Translations under genes and position numbers: made by a program | Notes under the pieces: generated by a model | Seen by the model: the letters and a program-made list of their open reading frames with translations, nothing else | Told to the model about the DNA's origin: nothing | Databases searched by the model: none | Assembly: GCA_036679605.1 (NCBI GenBank) | Contig: JAZDCZ010000091.1 | Coordinates: forward strand, 1-64,000 | Length of the DNA stretch: 64,000 bases | Direction: 5' to 3' | Source: Gemmatimonadota bacterium | GTDB taxonomy: Bacteria > Gemmatimonadota > Gemmatimonadetes > Gemmatimonadales > GWC2-71-9 | In this document: positions 1-9,080 of the stretch, in pieces | Numbering within the stretch: the first letter of the stretch is position 1 | How the letters are laid out: each line of letters begins with the position of its first letter

Positions 1-640
1 GCCCCAGTGGTTTGGGAGCTTGATCCAGGACAAGCGTGATGCTACGGGGTTGATGTACATGCGGAACCGGTATTATGATCCCGGTACCGGTAGATTTACG
101 CAGGAAGACCCGATCGGGCTGGCGGGCGGGCTCAACCTATACGGATTCGCCAACGGGGATCCGATCAACTTCAGTGATCCGTTTGGGCTTCGCGCCTGCC
201 CACCCTGTGCCGGAGTGATGACCGGTGGAGCCATCGGGTCCATCTTTCCGGGTGCTGGGACTGTTGCAGGGGTCGTCGTCGGAGGTGTTGTGGGCACTGC
301 CGCTCTTGCCGGTGGCTATGTCTTTCTCTCTGAAGACGGAAGTGCGGCTGAGGAATCACGGGATGGCTCCCTAGACGAGCTGACGCGTGACGCCGACGGC
401 ACTGTCCGTCCGAACGGGGACATTGAAGTGCAAGGCGGTCGGGAGCGAGCCAAGGAAATATTTGGAAAGCATAATGTGGCCGACAAGCTTAGAATCGTCA
501 GGGATAGGACCGGTGGTGGTCGCGGAGTTGAAGGCAAAACGGGTGACGGTACGCGAATCCGTATTAGGTTCAAGCCTGACGGCTCGACACGAATTCAGGC
601 AGGCGATCAAAAGTTCATCTTCCCAAAACCAATGAATTGA
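1..640 (+). CDS. Rhs/YD-repeat protein, 3' end (core end plus toxin tip CT0); runs in from outside the window
   Basis: Frame is open from the window edge. It contains the Rhs core signature GLMYMRNRYYDPGTGRFTQEDPIGLAGGLNLYGFANGDPINFSDPFGL, then a Gly/Val-rich hydrophobic segment and a basic C-terminal domain (possibly a nuclease, inferred). Confidence 0.92.
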   Translation, partial: PQWFGSLIQDKRDATGLMYMRNRYYDPGTGRFTQEDPIGLAGGLNLYGFANGDPINFSDPFGLRACPPCAGVMTGGAIGSIFPGAGTVAGVVVGGVVGTAALAGGYVFLSEDGSAAEESRDGSLDELTRDADGTVRPNGDIEVQGGRERAKEIFGKHNVADKLRIVRDRTGGGRGVEGKTGDGTRIRIRFKPDGSTRIQAGDQKFIFPKPMN

Positions 641-647
641 CGCGGGG

Positions 648-1250
648 ATGACGATTCCGGTAAGAACTCTCGGTGTGCGCGCGGTCTCTCCACTGGATCA
701 GTTTCCAGAGATCGGGCGGCGTCGGGAGCAGCTCTTGAAGGACGTTTTTCCGACATCGTGCGACCTTGAGTTCTACGCGATCATTACCCAAGTATGCGTC
801 CACGAGCATGAGCGAGCAGAAGTGATAGAGGATTTCGATACGCTCTTTCGGCTCTCTGGTGAACCTACGGGCCGGAACCTCGACCGAACGAGGGCCCACT
901 TGAAGGTCACTGAAGGATCGAAGCGGATCAAACCAGCGGTGGCCACCGAGTTACTGAATTCGATGAGTCCCTCACGACATGTGTTGATTCGTTGCTGGGA
1001 GGATCCGAATTCTTACGTTTGGCAAGTGCCAGGCGAGGCCTTTTTTCGGGCGCGGGACATGCTGAAGGTTTTGCCTCATCCGTTTGGAGAATTCGAGGTA
1101 ACCGATGAAGGCGGTGCCTGGTTCATGCGAATTGTGGATGACGACCCGCTCATCTTTCTTCAGGCCCATTCCAAGCTGGGCCGTCGGCTAATCGACCTGG
1201 CTCCGAGCGAGGTCCTGCACGTCCAACCCAGCATTCGGTACCGTTGGTAA
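648..1250 (+). CDS. Putative immunity protein for CT0
   Basis: Starts 7 bp after the toxin stop; no signal peptide; positional inference. Confidence 0.7.
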   Translation: MTIPVRTLGVRAVSPLDQFPEIGRRREQLLKDVFPTSCDLEFYAIITQVCVHEHERAEVIEDFDTLFRLSGEPTGRNLDRTRAHLKVTEGSKRIKPAVATELLNSMSPSRHVLIRCWEDPNSYVWQVPGEAFFRARDMLKVLPHPFGEFEVTDEGGAWFMRIVDDDPLIFLQAHSKLGRRLIDLAPSEVLHVQPSIRYRW

Positions 1251-1436
1251 CGGTGTTGCCAGTTCCGTAGTCTGGTCTCTTTGCGTGTGATAGCGTGCTC
1301 ATTATCGCATTGTAATGTATCGTGCTTGGATGTTGGGGTGGCACAGTCAGGGGGCTCTGACGTGAGCAGTGACGGGGTGCTTATGCGAGGACCGTCGCCC
1401 GGCAGACCCGAAATGCGTCTTCGACGACGTTCCACC

Positions 1437-1576
1437 CCACTCCCCCCCGAAAGTGCACGTCGGCGATTTTTAGTGCATATTACGATCAAAATCCGAGTGA
1501 GGTGAGCGGCTAAAGGAAGCAACCTCAACTGATTGCGGCGTCGGAGTCGTACCCGAACGCGTCGACCAGGACATAT
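1437..1576 (+). repeat. Conserved 140-bp cassette leader, copy L1
   Basis: CCACTCCCCC..AAGTGCACGTCGGCGATTTTTAGTGCATATTACGATCAAAAT..GAGGTGAGCGGCTAAAGGAAGCAA..CAGGACA; near-identical copies occur downstream. Confidence 0.95.
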
Positions 1577-2146
1577 ACGCAGGAAGACCCGATTGGGCTG
1601 GCCGGTGGGCTCAACCTCTACGGGTTTGCAAACGGGGATCCGATCAACTTCAGTGATCCGTTTGGGCTGTGTCCGGAGGATGTTGGTGGCGACGGAAAGA
1701 CAAGCTCCGTAGATGACTGTTCCGAAGACGTGCAGAATGCGTGGGCAGATGAGCACGTTAAGGTGAGTCCGGGGCACACAACCGACCTTGCTGGAATCGA
1801 TCCAGATTTGTGGAGTGCTGTTGTTCGAACGTCGATGGAACTCAGAGCCGACTTCGGGATATCTGCGGGGAAGGAAGACCGGGGTGGAGCCAGCGCGCAT
1901 AACGGCGGTCGAGCTGTGGACATCAATCGTGTCAATGGAACGCGGCTTCAGGATATGGACGCTGGCGTAGCCGCATCGCTCGGCAATCGTGTTGGGGCTG
2001 GGATCGTGAACCGCGTTGGTGGTCGCGGCATGGAGGTTTTCACGCCGGGTATGGCATTCCGAGTGGATACACGCTTGACACGGCAGTCTAGCTTGGCATT
2101 GCAGGCAAGTCACTTCAACCACGTACACGTGTCTGTCCGTCCATGA
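1577..2146 (+). CDS. Orphan Rhs tip CT1: M15/DD-peptidase-like Zn peptidoglycan peptidase (no evident start codon of its own)
   Basis: Reads TQEDPIGLAGG..SDPFGL|C, then SAHNGGRAVD (H-x6-D) and HFNHVHVS (HxH). Confidence 0.8.
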   Translation, partial: TQEDPIGLAGGLNLYGFANGDPINFSDPFGLCPEDVGGDGKTSSVDDCSEDVQNAWADEHVKVSPGHTTDLAGIDPDLWSAVVRTSMELRADFGISAGKEDRGGASAHNGGRAVDINRVNGTRLQDMDAGVAASLGNRVGAGIVNRVGGRGMEVFTPGMAFRVDTRLTRQSSLALQASHFNHVHVSVRP

Positions 2147-2784
2147 TGGAAGAGGTCGGCATGGCGGTTAATCATATCGATTCTCAGCTGTCCTCATCCA
2201 TGTATCCGGTGTCCGGTGTCCGGTCCATCGTCGGTGGGTGGGGACGGGGTCGATACTGTCTACGGTGTGGACTAGTGTTTGCGGTTGCCGTGGCTATCGC
2301 GTGCGGTGACGGCGAGGAGGACTCTGCGTTCCAACAGTCACGTGAGTCAGAGGCTTCGACTACGGAGGCACCATCAGAGCTAGGCCAGAGCGCCAACCCG
2401 CTGGACTCGCTAATTGAAAACCTCAGGGACCTTCGTGGGTCATTTGTCAACGTAGCACCGGGGAGATGGGACTTCGCTGGTGATCGATCTGCTTTGGTGG
2501 CTTTCGAAGAATTCCGGGACTCGGCTGTTGTTCGGCTCGTGGACTGCCTGGATCGCACCGAACTAGCGGCCGCGACCGTGCAAGAGCAACAAGTACCAAT
2601 GGGGTACATGTGCTACGCTGCATTAGCCCGCGTGGCTTACTACGAGTGGCATCAGTACCAGGACGTGGTCAAAGACCCGTCGTGGCCAGGGGAAGTCGCA
2701 GCCACCGCGAGCGTGGAGGATCTCCGTCAAGCTAAGACGGCTTGGCTCCAGGTAGTGGAAAAGCACCTCTACTTCCTCCATTGA
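2143..2784 (+). CDS. Putative lipoprotein immunity protein for CT1
   Basis: Overlaps the toxin stop; lipobox-like VAVAIAC; true start uncertain. Confidence 0.65.
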   Translation: MMEEVGMAVNHIDSQLSSSMYPVSGVRSIVGGWGRGRYCLRCGLVFAVAVAIACGDGEEDSAFQQSRESEASTTEAPSELGQSANPLDSLIENLRDLRGSFVNVAPGRWDFAGDRSALVAFEEFRDSAVVRLVDCLDRTELAAATVQEQQVPMGYMCYAALARVAYYEWHQYQDVVKDPSWPGEVAATASVEDLRQAKTAWLQVVEKHLYFLH

Positions 2785-2825
2785 CCGTGAACCCGCAACG
2801 TTAGTTTCGAAGACGACGGCAACTC

Positions 2826-3509
2826 ATGACACTCACTCGGATCGCGGCGACCGTCGTAGTAGCACACTCCTGTGCATCGTTCGCCTTCGCGCACCAGGTC
2901 AGTCCATTCACGTGTTTGAGTGCCGGTGATTCCTTGCCGTCGGTGGGGGCGTATGGTCTTTTTGTAGACCGGGGTCGGCTCCTGTGCCTGGCACCCGATG
3001 AGGATGCAGATGGGACACTTGTTCCCTGCCTGCGTATTGGTACACTTCACGTCGGTCAATCACGCACGGATGTCGAAGCACATATTGGCAAGCCGTGGCG
3101 CTCGGTGCACCCACGCCTCCCAGGATTGACCACACGCGCATACCTGGTCTCTCACGACTCCACCGCCAACAGAATTGCGTACTACCTTGTCGAATACGAG
3201 CGTGTCGGTGAAGAGGAGCTGGTCTTCGCTGTCCAGCTCACCGGTGATCGTCTCGACAGCTTGGCGGCCAGTTTCTCTTGTTTGAATCTTGCGGCTGTTG
3301 AGGCGGACGTGCGCCGTCAACTCGGGGCGCCTTCGGGCATGAGTCCGTTTAGGGCAGCTGACGCGGGTGTCGCTGGGGTCGTGTGGTCCTACGAGCCGCT
3401 GCCGATCTCGATCGAGGTCGTCGACGGGAAAGTGTACTCGTTTCGGGTGTGGCGGCCCGGCGATGTCCCGGCGCGGCGGCGTACGCTCACGCTGCTTGAG
3501 AAGCCGTAA
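2826..3509 (+). CDS. Secreted hypothetical protein (possible second or orphan immunity protein)
   Basis: 227 aa with a signal-peptide-like N-terminus. Confidence 0.6.
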   Translation: MTLTRIAATVVVAHSCASFAFAHQVSPFTCLSAGDSLPSVGAYGLFVDRGRLLCLAPDEDADGTLVPCLRIGTLHVGQSRTDVEAHIGKPWRSVHPRLPGLTTRAYLVSHDSTANRIAYYLVEYERVGEEELVFAVQLTGDRLDSLAASFSCLNLAAVEADVRRQLGAPSGMSPFRAADAGVAGVVWSYEPLPISIEVVDGKVYSFRVWRPGDVPARRRTLTLLEKP

Positions 3510-3529
3510 CTCTAATCTCACCTGTTGAA

Positions 3530-3564
3530 GGACAAGGAGCCCGGCTCCGGTCGGGCTCTTGTCC
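3530..3564. terminator. Stem-loop between convergent genes
   Basis: GGACAAG-GAGCCCG..CGGGCTC-TTGTCC inverted repeat. Confidence 0.55.
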
Positions 3565-3569
3565 CCGGC

Positions 3570-3971
3570 CTACGCCGAGCGCCGTCGCGATTGGACGAGC
3601 GCATCCACAAACTTGAGGACTGCGCGCTGATCCGCGGGCGGGAGTTCTTCGATGCGCTGGAGCCGTTTGAGGAGTCGGGCGCTTTTTTTGCCCCGTCGGT
3701 CGGCCGGCGGTTTCACTGCCAGCAACTCATCGGTGGATACGTCCAACGCCTGGGCGAGGGCCGCGAGGATCGGCCCGGGCGGGCTCGCCTCATCTCGCTC
3801 ATAGTACGCCACCATCCGGTTGGAGAGGCCGAGGCGCTCGCCCAACTCCTCTTGGGTGAGGCCGCGGCTTTGGCGGAACTCTGCGAGTCGCGGCCCGAAG
3901 CCGCCCTCAGTGCTCGGTTGTTTCCGTCGTCGGTTCGCCACCACGGCACTCCAGTCGGTGATCAGGTGCAC
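3570..3971 (-). CDS. XRE-family HTH regulator of the element
   Basis: RLAEFRQSRGLTQEELGERLGLSNRMVAYYE HTH; divergent from the primase. Confidence 0.9.
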   Translation of the reverse strand: MHLITDWSAVVANRRRKQPSTEGGFGPRLAEFRQSRGLTQEELGERLGLSNRMVAYYERDEASPPGPILAALAQALDVSTDELLAVKPPADRRGKKSARLLKRLQRIEELPPADQRAVLKFVDALVQSRRRSA

Positions 3972-4113
3972 GGCATCAACTCCCAGTTAAGGTAGGGCCG
4001 GTTCCAGAGGCGGCTCACAACTTCTTGCCTGGAACTTACAAAAAGTGTAATATTCTGGCCACCACTTGTTTGAGTGGGATTTGGGCCCCTTACCCCCTTG
4101 ACAGGATTTTGGA

Positions 4114-4482
4114 ATGGCGCGGATTCCAGAAGCTGAGCTGGCGAGGATCAAGCAGCAGGTCTCGCTGCTGGAGCGTGTGCGAGCGGAGGGAGTGGAGCTT
4201 AGGCGCCACGGTGCTGACTGGATCGGCTTGTGCCCGTTCCACGAGGATGTGAATCCGAGCCTGGTGATCTCGCCGGCGAAGAATCTGTGGCACTGTTTGG
4301 GTGCGTGCCAGGTGGGCGGGAGTGTGATCGACTGGGTGATGCGGTGTGAGGGAGTGAGTTTTCGGCACGCGGTGGAGCTGTTGCGGCACGAGCTGCCCGA
4401 TGTGAGTGCTGCCGGCGTGCGTTTCGATTCTACGCTGGACGACGCGGCACTACTCGGTGCCGTTGGTCACCTACTACCATGA
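4114..4482 (+). CDS. CHC2 zinc-finger N-terminus of the DNA primase (frameshifted from the rest)
   Basis: CPFHED..WHCLGAC motif; continues in another frame near 4460-4470. Confidence 0.85.
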   Translation: MARIPEAELARIKQQVSLLERVRAEGVELRRHGADWIGLCPFHEDVNPSLVISPAKNLWHCLGACQVGGSVIDWVMRCEGVSFRHAVELLRHELPDVSAAGVRFDSTLDDAALLGAVGHLLP

Positions 4483-7048
4483 GACGCTGCTCGGCAGTGC
4501 CGAGGCGATCGCGTATCTCGAGAAGCGGGGTCTCGATCACCGGGCGGCGATCGAACAGTTCCGGCTGGGCTATGCCAACCGCACGCTCGCCTACCGGCTG
4601 CCGGACGGCAAGCGGGGCCGTGTGCTGCGGGAGCGGCTGCAGCGGCTCGGTATCTTCCGGGCGAGCGGTCACGAGCACCTAAACGGCTCGCTGGTGGTGC
4701 CGGTCTTCGATAGCCAAGGAAACGTCTCCGAACTCTATGGCCGGAAGATCAGGGATGATTTGCGGGCGGGCACGCCGGTGCATCTTTATCTGCCGGGACC
4801 GCATCGTGGTGTGTGGAACCTTCAGGCCTTGAAGGAATCGAAAGAGATCATTCTCTGCGAAGCGCTGCTCGACGCGCTGACCTTCTGGTGCGCGGGCTAC
4901 GCCCACGTGACGGCGAGCTACGGGATCGAGGGATTTACGGCGGAGCAGCTCGAGGCTTTTAAGCGCTACGGCACTGAGCGGGTCTTGATCGCCTACGATC
5001 GGGACGAGGCGGGCGATCGAGCGGCGGAGCAGCTGGCTAAGCGTCTCACCAAAGCAGGCATCCGCTGTTACCGGGTGCAGTTTCCGAGGGGGCTGGATGC
5101 GAATGCGTACGCGCTGGAGCATGGGCCGGCGGAGCAGAGCTTAGGACTCGCGATCCGGAGCGCGGTGTTTCTGGGCCAGGGCGCGGCGGCCCCCGCGGTC
5201 CCGGCGGTCCCGCCACCCATGGCGGCTAAAGAGAAAAAGCCAGTTGCTTCTTCTTTAGCCGCTGATTCTGCTCCCTCACGGCCGATTGTTTCTCCTGAGC
5301 CTCAAGCGCCACCGCCGGATGTCCCGGTGCGATTGGACGGGGATGACGTACACGTCGAACTGGGCGATCGTCGCTACCGGATCCGGGGGCTCCGGAAAAA
5401 CAGGAGTCCGGATTTGATGAAGCTGAACTTGCTGGTGCGTAGGGGCGAGGGTGTGCACGTGGACACGCTGGACCTCTATTCGGCGCGGCCGCGGGCCGCG
5501 TTTGCGAAACAGGCCGCGGCGGAACTCAGCCTCAAGCCCGAGGTGCTGGCGAAAGATCTGGGCACTGTGCTGCTCCGGTGTGAGGCACTCCAGGGGGAGG
5601 AGAGCTTTGGCACCCGGGCGCAACCCGAGGAGGCGGTGACGCTCTCCCCCGCCGAGCGACAGGCTGCTCTCTCACTGCTCAAGGATCCACACCTGTTAGA
5701 CCGGATTCTCAGCGACTTCGACCGTGTGGGTGTGGTGGGTGAGGAGACGAACAAGCTGGTGGGCTACTTGGCGGCCTTGTCCAGGAAGCTGCCGGAGCCT
5801 CTGGCGGTGATCGTGCAATCGGCGTCGGCCGCGGGGAAGACGTCGTTGATGGAGGCGGTGCTGGCCCTGGTGCCGCCCGAGGAACGGGTGCAGTACTCGG
5901 CGGTGACGGGCCAGGCGCTCTTCTACATGAACGACACCGATTTGAAGCACAAGATCTTGAGTGTGGTGGAAGAAGAGGGCGCCGAGCGGGCGAGCTATGC
6001 CTTGAAGGTATTGCAGAGCGAGGGCGAACTGACGATTGCGTCGACCGGGAAAGATCCCCAGACGGGCAAGCTCGTGACCCATGCGTACCGGGTCGAGGGG
6101 CCGGTGATGATCTTCTTGACGACGACGGCGGTCGACGTGGATGAGGAGCTGTTAAACCGGGCGCTCGTGCTCAGCGTGGACGAGGACCGGGCGCAGACCA
6201 GGGCGATCCACGTGAGGCAGCGGGAGCGTCGCACGCTGGAGGGTCTGTTAGCCAGAGCCGAGCGAACCGAGATCCTGACACTGCATCGAAACGCCCAGCG
6301 GCTCTTGGAGCCGGTGGCGGTGGTAAACCCCTACGCCCCGCAGCTCACGTTTCTGGATGTGAAGACGCGTACGCGTCGCGATCGCGAGAAGTATCTGACG
6401 CTGATCGAGACGGTGGCCCTGTTGCACCAGCATCAACGTGAGAAGCAGACCATCGAGCGTGACGGTACCGCACTCAGCTACATCGAGGTCACAAAGCCAG
6501 ACATCGCGATCGCCAACCGCTTAGCGGCCCGGGTGCTGGGCCACTCACTGGACGAGCTGCCGCCACAGACCCGGGGCTTTCTCACCAAACTGGACGACTG
6601 GATCGCGTCCCAGTGTGAGCAGCGCCAAGTGGAGCGCGGTGCGATCCGTTTCCTTGCGAGAGACGCAAGAGAGATAACTGGCTTAGGAGCCACGCAGGTG
6701 AAGCTGCACTTGAGACGCTTGATCGATCTCGAGTACATCCTGGTCCACCGTGGCGAGCGCGGCCACGGTGTGGCCTACGAACTGCTGTACGACGGCGACG
6801 GAGAGGACGGGAAGCGCTTTCTGCCCGGTCTGCTCGATGTGGAGACTCTAAAGGAGCCGTACGATCCAGGGCGGTCGGGGGGAAACCACAAGCGGTCGGG
6901 GGTCGGTCGGCCCCGGGTCGGGCCCAAGTCGGGGGGAGGCCGGACCGATGAAACAGCACCTATGGCCAATGCTCACAGCCTCTTGCCCCTTGAGCGGTCG
7001 GATTGCTCAGAAAGCACTTCTGGGGCGGCAGAAGTGGTGCAGTCGTAG
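4406..7048 (+). CDS. Toprim primase fused to a P-loop ATPase/helicase (C-terminal part)
   Basis: Toprim motifs CEALLDAL and YDRDEAG; Walker A SASAAGKT; Walker B-like VVEEE; Pro-rich linker. Confidence 0.85.
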   Translation: MLPACVSILRWTTRHYSVPLVTYYHETLLGSAEAIAYLEKRGLDHRAAIEQFRLGYANRTLAYRLPDGKRGRVLRERLQRLGIFRASGHEHLNGSLVVPVFDSQGNVSELYGRKIRDDLRAGTPVHLYLPGPHRGVWNLQALKESKEIILCEALLDALTFWCAGYAHVTASYGIEGFTAEQLEAFKRYGTERVLIAYDRDEAGDRAAEQLAKRLTKAGIRCYRVQFPRGLDANAYALEHGPAEQSLGLAIRSAVFLGQGAAAPAVPAVPPPMAAKEKKPVASSLAADSAPSRPIVSPEPQAPPPDVPVRLDGDDVHVELGDRRYRIRGLRKNRSPDLMKLNLLVRRGEGVHVDTLDLYSARPRAAFAKQAAAELSLKPEVLAKDLGTVLLRCEALQGEESFGTRAQPEEAVTLSPAERQAALSLLKDPHLLDRILSDFDRVGVVGEETNKLVGYLAALSRKLPEPLAVIVQSASAAGKTSLMEAVLALVPPEERVQYSAVTGQALFYMNDTDLKHKILSVVEEEGAERASYALKVLQSEGELTIASTGKDPQTGKLVTHAYRVEGPVMIFLTTTAVDVDEELLNRALVLSVDEDRAQTRAIHVRQRERRTLEGLLARAERTEILTLHRNAQRLLEPVAVVNPYAPQLTFLDVKTRTRRDREKYLTLIETVALLHQHQREKQTIERDGTALSYIEVTKPDIAIANRLAARVLGHSLDELPPQTRGFLTKLDDWIASQCEQRQVERGAIRFLARDAREITGLGATQVKLHLRRLIDLEYILVHRGERGHGVAYELLYDGDGEDGKRFLPGLLDVETLKEPYDPGRSGGNHKRSGVGRPRVGPKSGGGRTDETAPMANAHSLLPLERSDCSESTSGAAEVVQS

Positions 7049-7056
7049 TCGTAGCG

Positions 7057-8067
7057 ATGATGGAGCGCTTGATAGGAGAGCATGTGGCCTCACTGGAGGC
7101 GGCCCACTACGCGATGTCGACGGTGGGGAGTCGCCGGCGGAACCTCTTGCACTTTGCCGGCTGGGCCCAAGTACGGGGGATCACACATCCGGCCGAGATC
7201 ACGCTGCCTGTCTTAGAGCGCTACCGCTACACGCTCTATCACACGCGCAAGGCAAACGGCAAGCCCTTGGGCTGGGGTGCGCAGGCGCAGAAGCTGCTTG
7301 CGGTGAAACAGTTTCTCAAGTGGGCGACCAGGATGCATGTGATAGCATGCAACACGGGCGCGGAACTGGGTCTGCCACGCAAGCCGCAGCGTCTACCCCG
7401 GAGCGTGCTTACTATCTCGGAGGCCGAGCAGGTCCTGGCCCAACCTGATCTCGCAGATCCAATGGGTGAGAGAGACCGCGCCATCTTGGAGACGCTCTAC
7501 TCGACGGGCATGCGCCGCAACGAACTCATTGCGTTAACGCTGCCCGATATCGACGCCGAGCGTGGCACGGTGTACATCAGGGAGGGCAAGGGCAAGAAGG
7601 ATCGTGTGGTGCCGATCGGCGAGCGGGCGCTTCTGTGGATCGAGCGCTACGTCGATCGAGTGAGGCCGCTCTCGGTGATCGAGCCGGATCCGGGGAATGT
7701 GTTTCTCACCAAACGTGGCGCACGTCTAAGACCCAATCGTCTGACGGAACTCGTGCATGGCTACGTCACCCAATCGGGCACGGCCAAGACCGGGAGCTGT
7801 CATCTGTTTCGCCACACGATGGCGACCCTGATGCTGGAGGGCGGAGCGGACATCCGCTACATCCAGGAGATGCTGGGGCATGCGCAGCTCGCCACCACGG
7901 AACTCTACACCAGAGTGTCGATCGGGCGCTTGAAGGCGGTGCACACGAGAACTCATCCGGCGCACAGCACACGTGAGCTACGCGCGAAGCGCGCGAGAGA
8001 AGACGAAGGTCATGCACTCTTTCGCTCTTTAGCTGCCGAGCAGAGTGACGTGGAGGTGTGCGGCTGA
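7057..8067 (+). CDS. XerC/XerD-family tyrosine recombinase
   Basis: Full catalytic set: GMRRNE (R), GKGKKDR (K), HLFRH, LGH, TELYT (Y). Confidence 0.93.
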   Translation: MMERLIGEHVASLEAAHYAMSTVGSRRRNLLHFAGWAQVRGITHPAEITLPVLERYRYTLYHTRKANGKPLGWGAQAQKLLAVKQFLKWATRMHVIACNTGAELGLPRKPQRLPRSVLTISEAEQVLAQPDLADPMGERDRAILETLYSTGMRRNELIALTLPDIDAERGTVYIREGKGKKDRVVPIGERALLWIERYVDRVRPLSVIEPDPGNVFLTKRGARLRPNRLTELVHGYVTQSGTAKTGSCHLFRHTMATLMLEGGADIRYIQEMLGHAQLATTELYTRVSIGRLKAVHTRTHPAHSTRELRAKRAREDEGHALFRSLAAEQSDVEVCG

Positions 8068-8085
8068 CATGTGCCCTTGGGCCCA

Positions 8086-8290
8086 GCGGCGCCGCGGCGT
8101 GCGCCCTCTGCGAGCCCTCTGGGGCTCGCTCCGGGATCGGGCAAGCACGCTCGCTCTGCTCGCTGCGTATAACAGCCCGTTATACGGCACTTGCCCTCGC
8201 CCGCCGCGCCGCTCGGCCTAAAGGCTTAACGTAACAAAGTTACGTTAACTGGGGCCGCGGATGATCGATCCGGGGCCGCGGGCACTGGAA
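8086..8290. other. Palindrome cluster (candidate recombination site or origin)
   Basis: CGTATAAC-N5-GTTATACG at 8166-8186; TTAACGTAAC-AAA-GTTACGTTAA at 8226-8248; GGGCAAG/CTTGCCC pair; hairpin at 8110-8129. Confidence 0.65.
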
Positions 8291-8329
8291 GAAGGGGCTG
8301 GCCCTGTTAGCTTATCCAATGGGAGGTGA

Positions 8330-8548
8330 GTGATGGCGCATCCAAAATCTGATGACCTCGCCGCTCGTATCCGACGGCTGCCGCAGACAGAGCAGCGACG
8401 GGCACTCGCGTATGTCGAAAGTCTCGAGTGCGCCGCTCGGGGCACGGCGCTCCTGCCCTTGGTGAACTCGATCCCGGCCGAGGACCTCGACGCCATAGCG
8501 GCGGCGATCGAAGCGGATTGCGAGCGCGTGGATGCCGCTGACTGGTAG
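8330..8548 (+). CDS. Antitoxin (VapB-like, by position)
   Basis: Small ORF with an acidic tail, overlapping the PIN gene. Confidence 0.7.
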   Translation: MMAHPKSDDLAARIRRLPQTEQRRALAYVESLECAARGTALLPLVNSIPAEDLDAIAAAIEADCERVDAADW

Positions 8549-8933
8549 TTATCTCCTTGACACCAACATCGTCATCGGACTACTGGCGGGCGACGCCGAC
8601 ATCAGGGAACACGTGTCAGCGGCGGGGCGGGTGTACGTCCCAAGCATCGTGCTGGGTGAACTCTACTACGGTGTACAGAAGTCCGGCCGCCCGACCGAGA
8701 ATGCGAAGCGCATCGATGCGCTCGCTCAGTCCGCGGCCGTGCTGGCGTGCGATGCCGCTACCGCCACGGTGTACGGGGAGCTGAAAGCCCGTCTGCGCGA
8801 GCGGGGGACGCCAATTCCCGAGAATGATTTGTGGATCGCCGCGCTCGCGGTCCAACATGACCTCACGCTCGTCACGCGTGACGCGCACTTCGACGCTGTT
8901 CCGGTCCTCTCCACCGTAGCCTGGGGGCGCTGA
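8532..8933 (+). CDS. vapC: PIN-domain toxin
   Basis: YLLDTN, GELYYG, ENDLWIAA and TRDAHF motifs. Confidence 0.92.
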   Translation: MPLTGSYLLDTNIVIGLLAGDADIREHVSAAGRVYVPSIVLGELYYGVQKSGRPTENAKRIDALAQSAAVLACDAATATVYGELKARLRERGTPIPENDLWIAALAVQHDLTLVTRDAHFDAVPVLSTVAWGR

Positions 8934-8940
8934 CTCCGCC

Positions 8941-9080
8941 CCACTCCCCCCCAAAAGTGCACGTCGGCGATTTTTAGTGCATATTACGATCAAAATCCGA
9001 GTGAGGTGAGCGGCTAAAGGAAGCAAGCGCAACGGATTGCGGCGCTCTGGTCGTAGCCGAAAGCGTCGATCAGGACAGTT
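8941..9080 (+). repeat. Cassette leader L2
   Basis: 140-bp near-copy of L1. Confidence 0.95.

Larger units (their letters stand above)
3570..8290. mobile_element. Integrative element core (XRE, primase-helicase, XerD-like recombinase, palindromic site) inside the Rhs array
   Basis: Gene content and order; palindromic sites lie after the recombinase. Confidence 0.8.

Noticed and set aside
1..640. Assigning the Rhs protein to type VI secretion
   Set aside because: The N-terminus is outside the window and no VgrG, PAAR or tss genes are present.
1160..2128. Long antisense ORFs across Rhs cassettes (also 8616-9410, 11265-11738, 22507-23322)
   Set aside because: They are shadows of the conserved core and leader on the opposite strand.
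7057..8067. Recombinase as an integron integrase (IntI) with attC cassettes
   Set aside because: It lacks the IntI-specific insertion after the KDR patch, and the leaders show no RYYYAAC..GTTRRRY attC ends. The similarity is only architectural.
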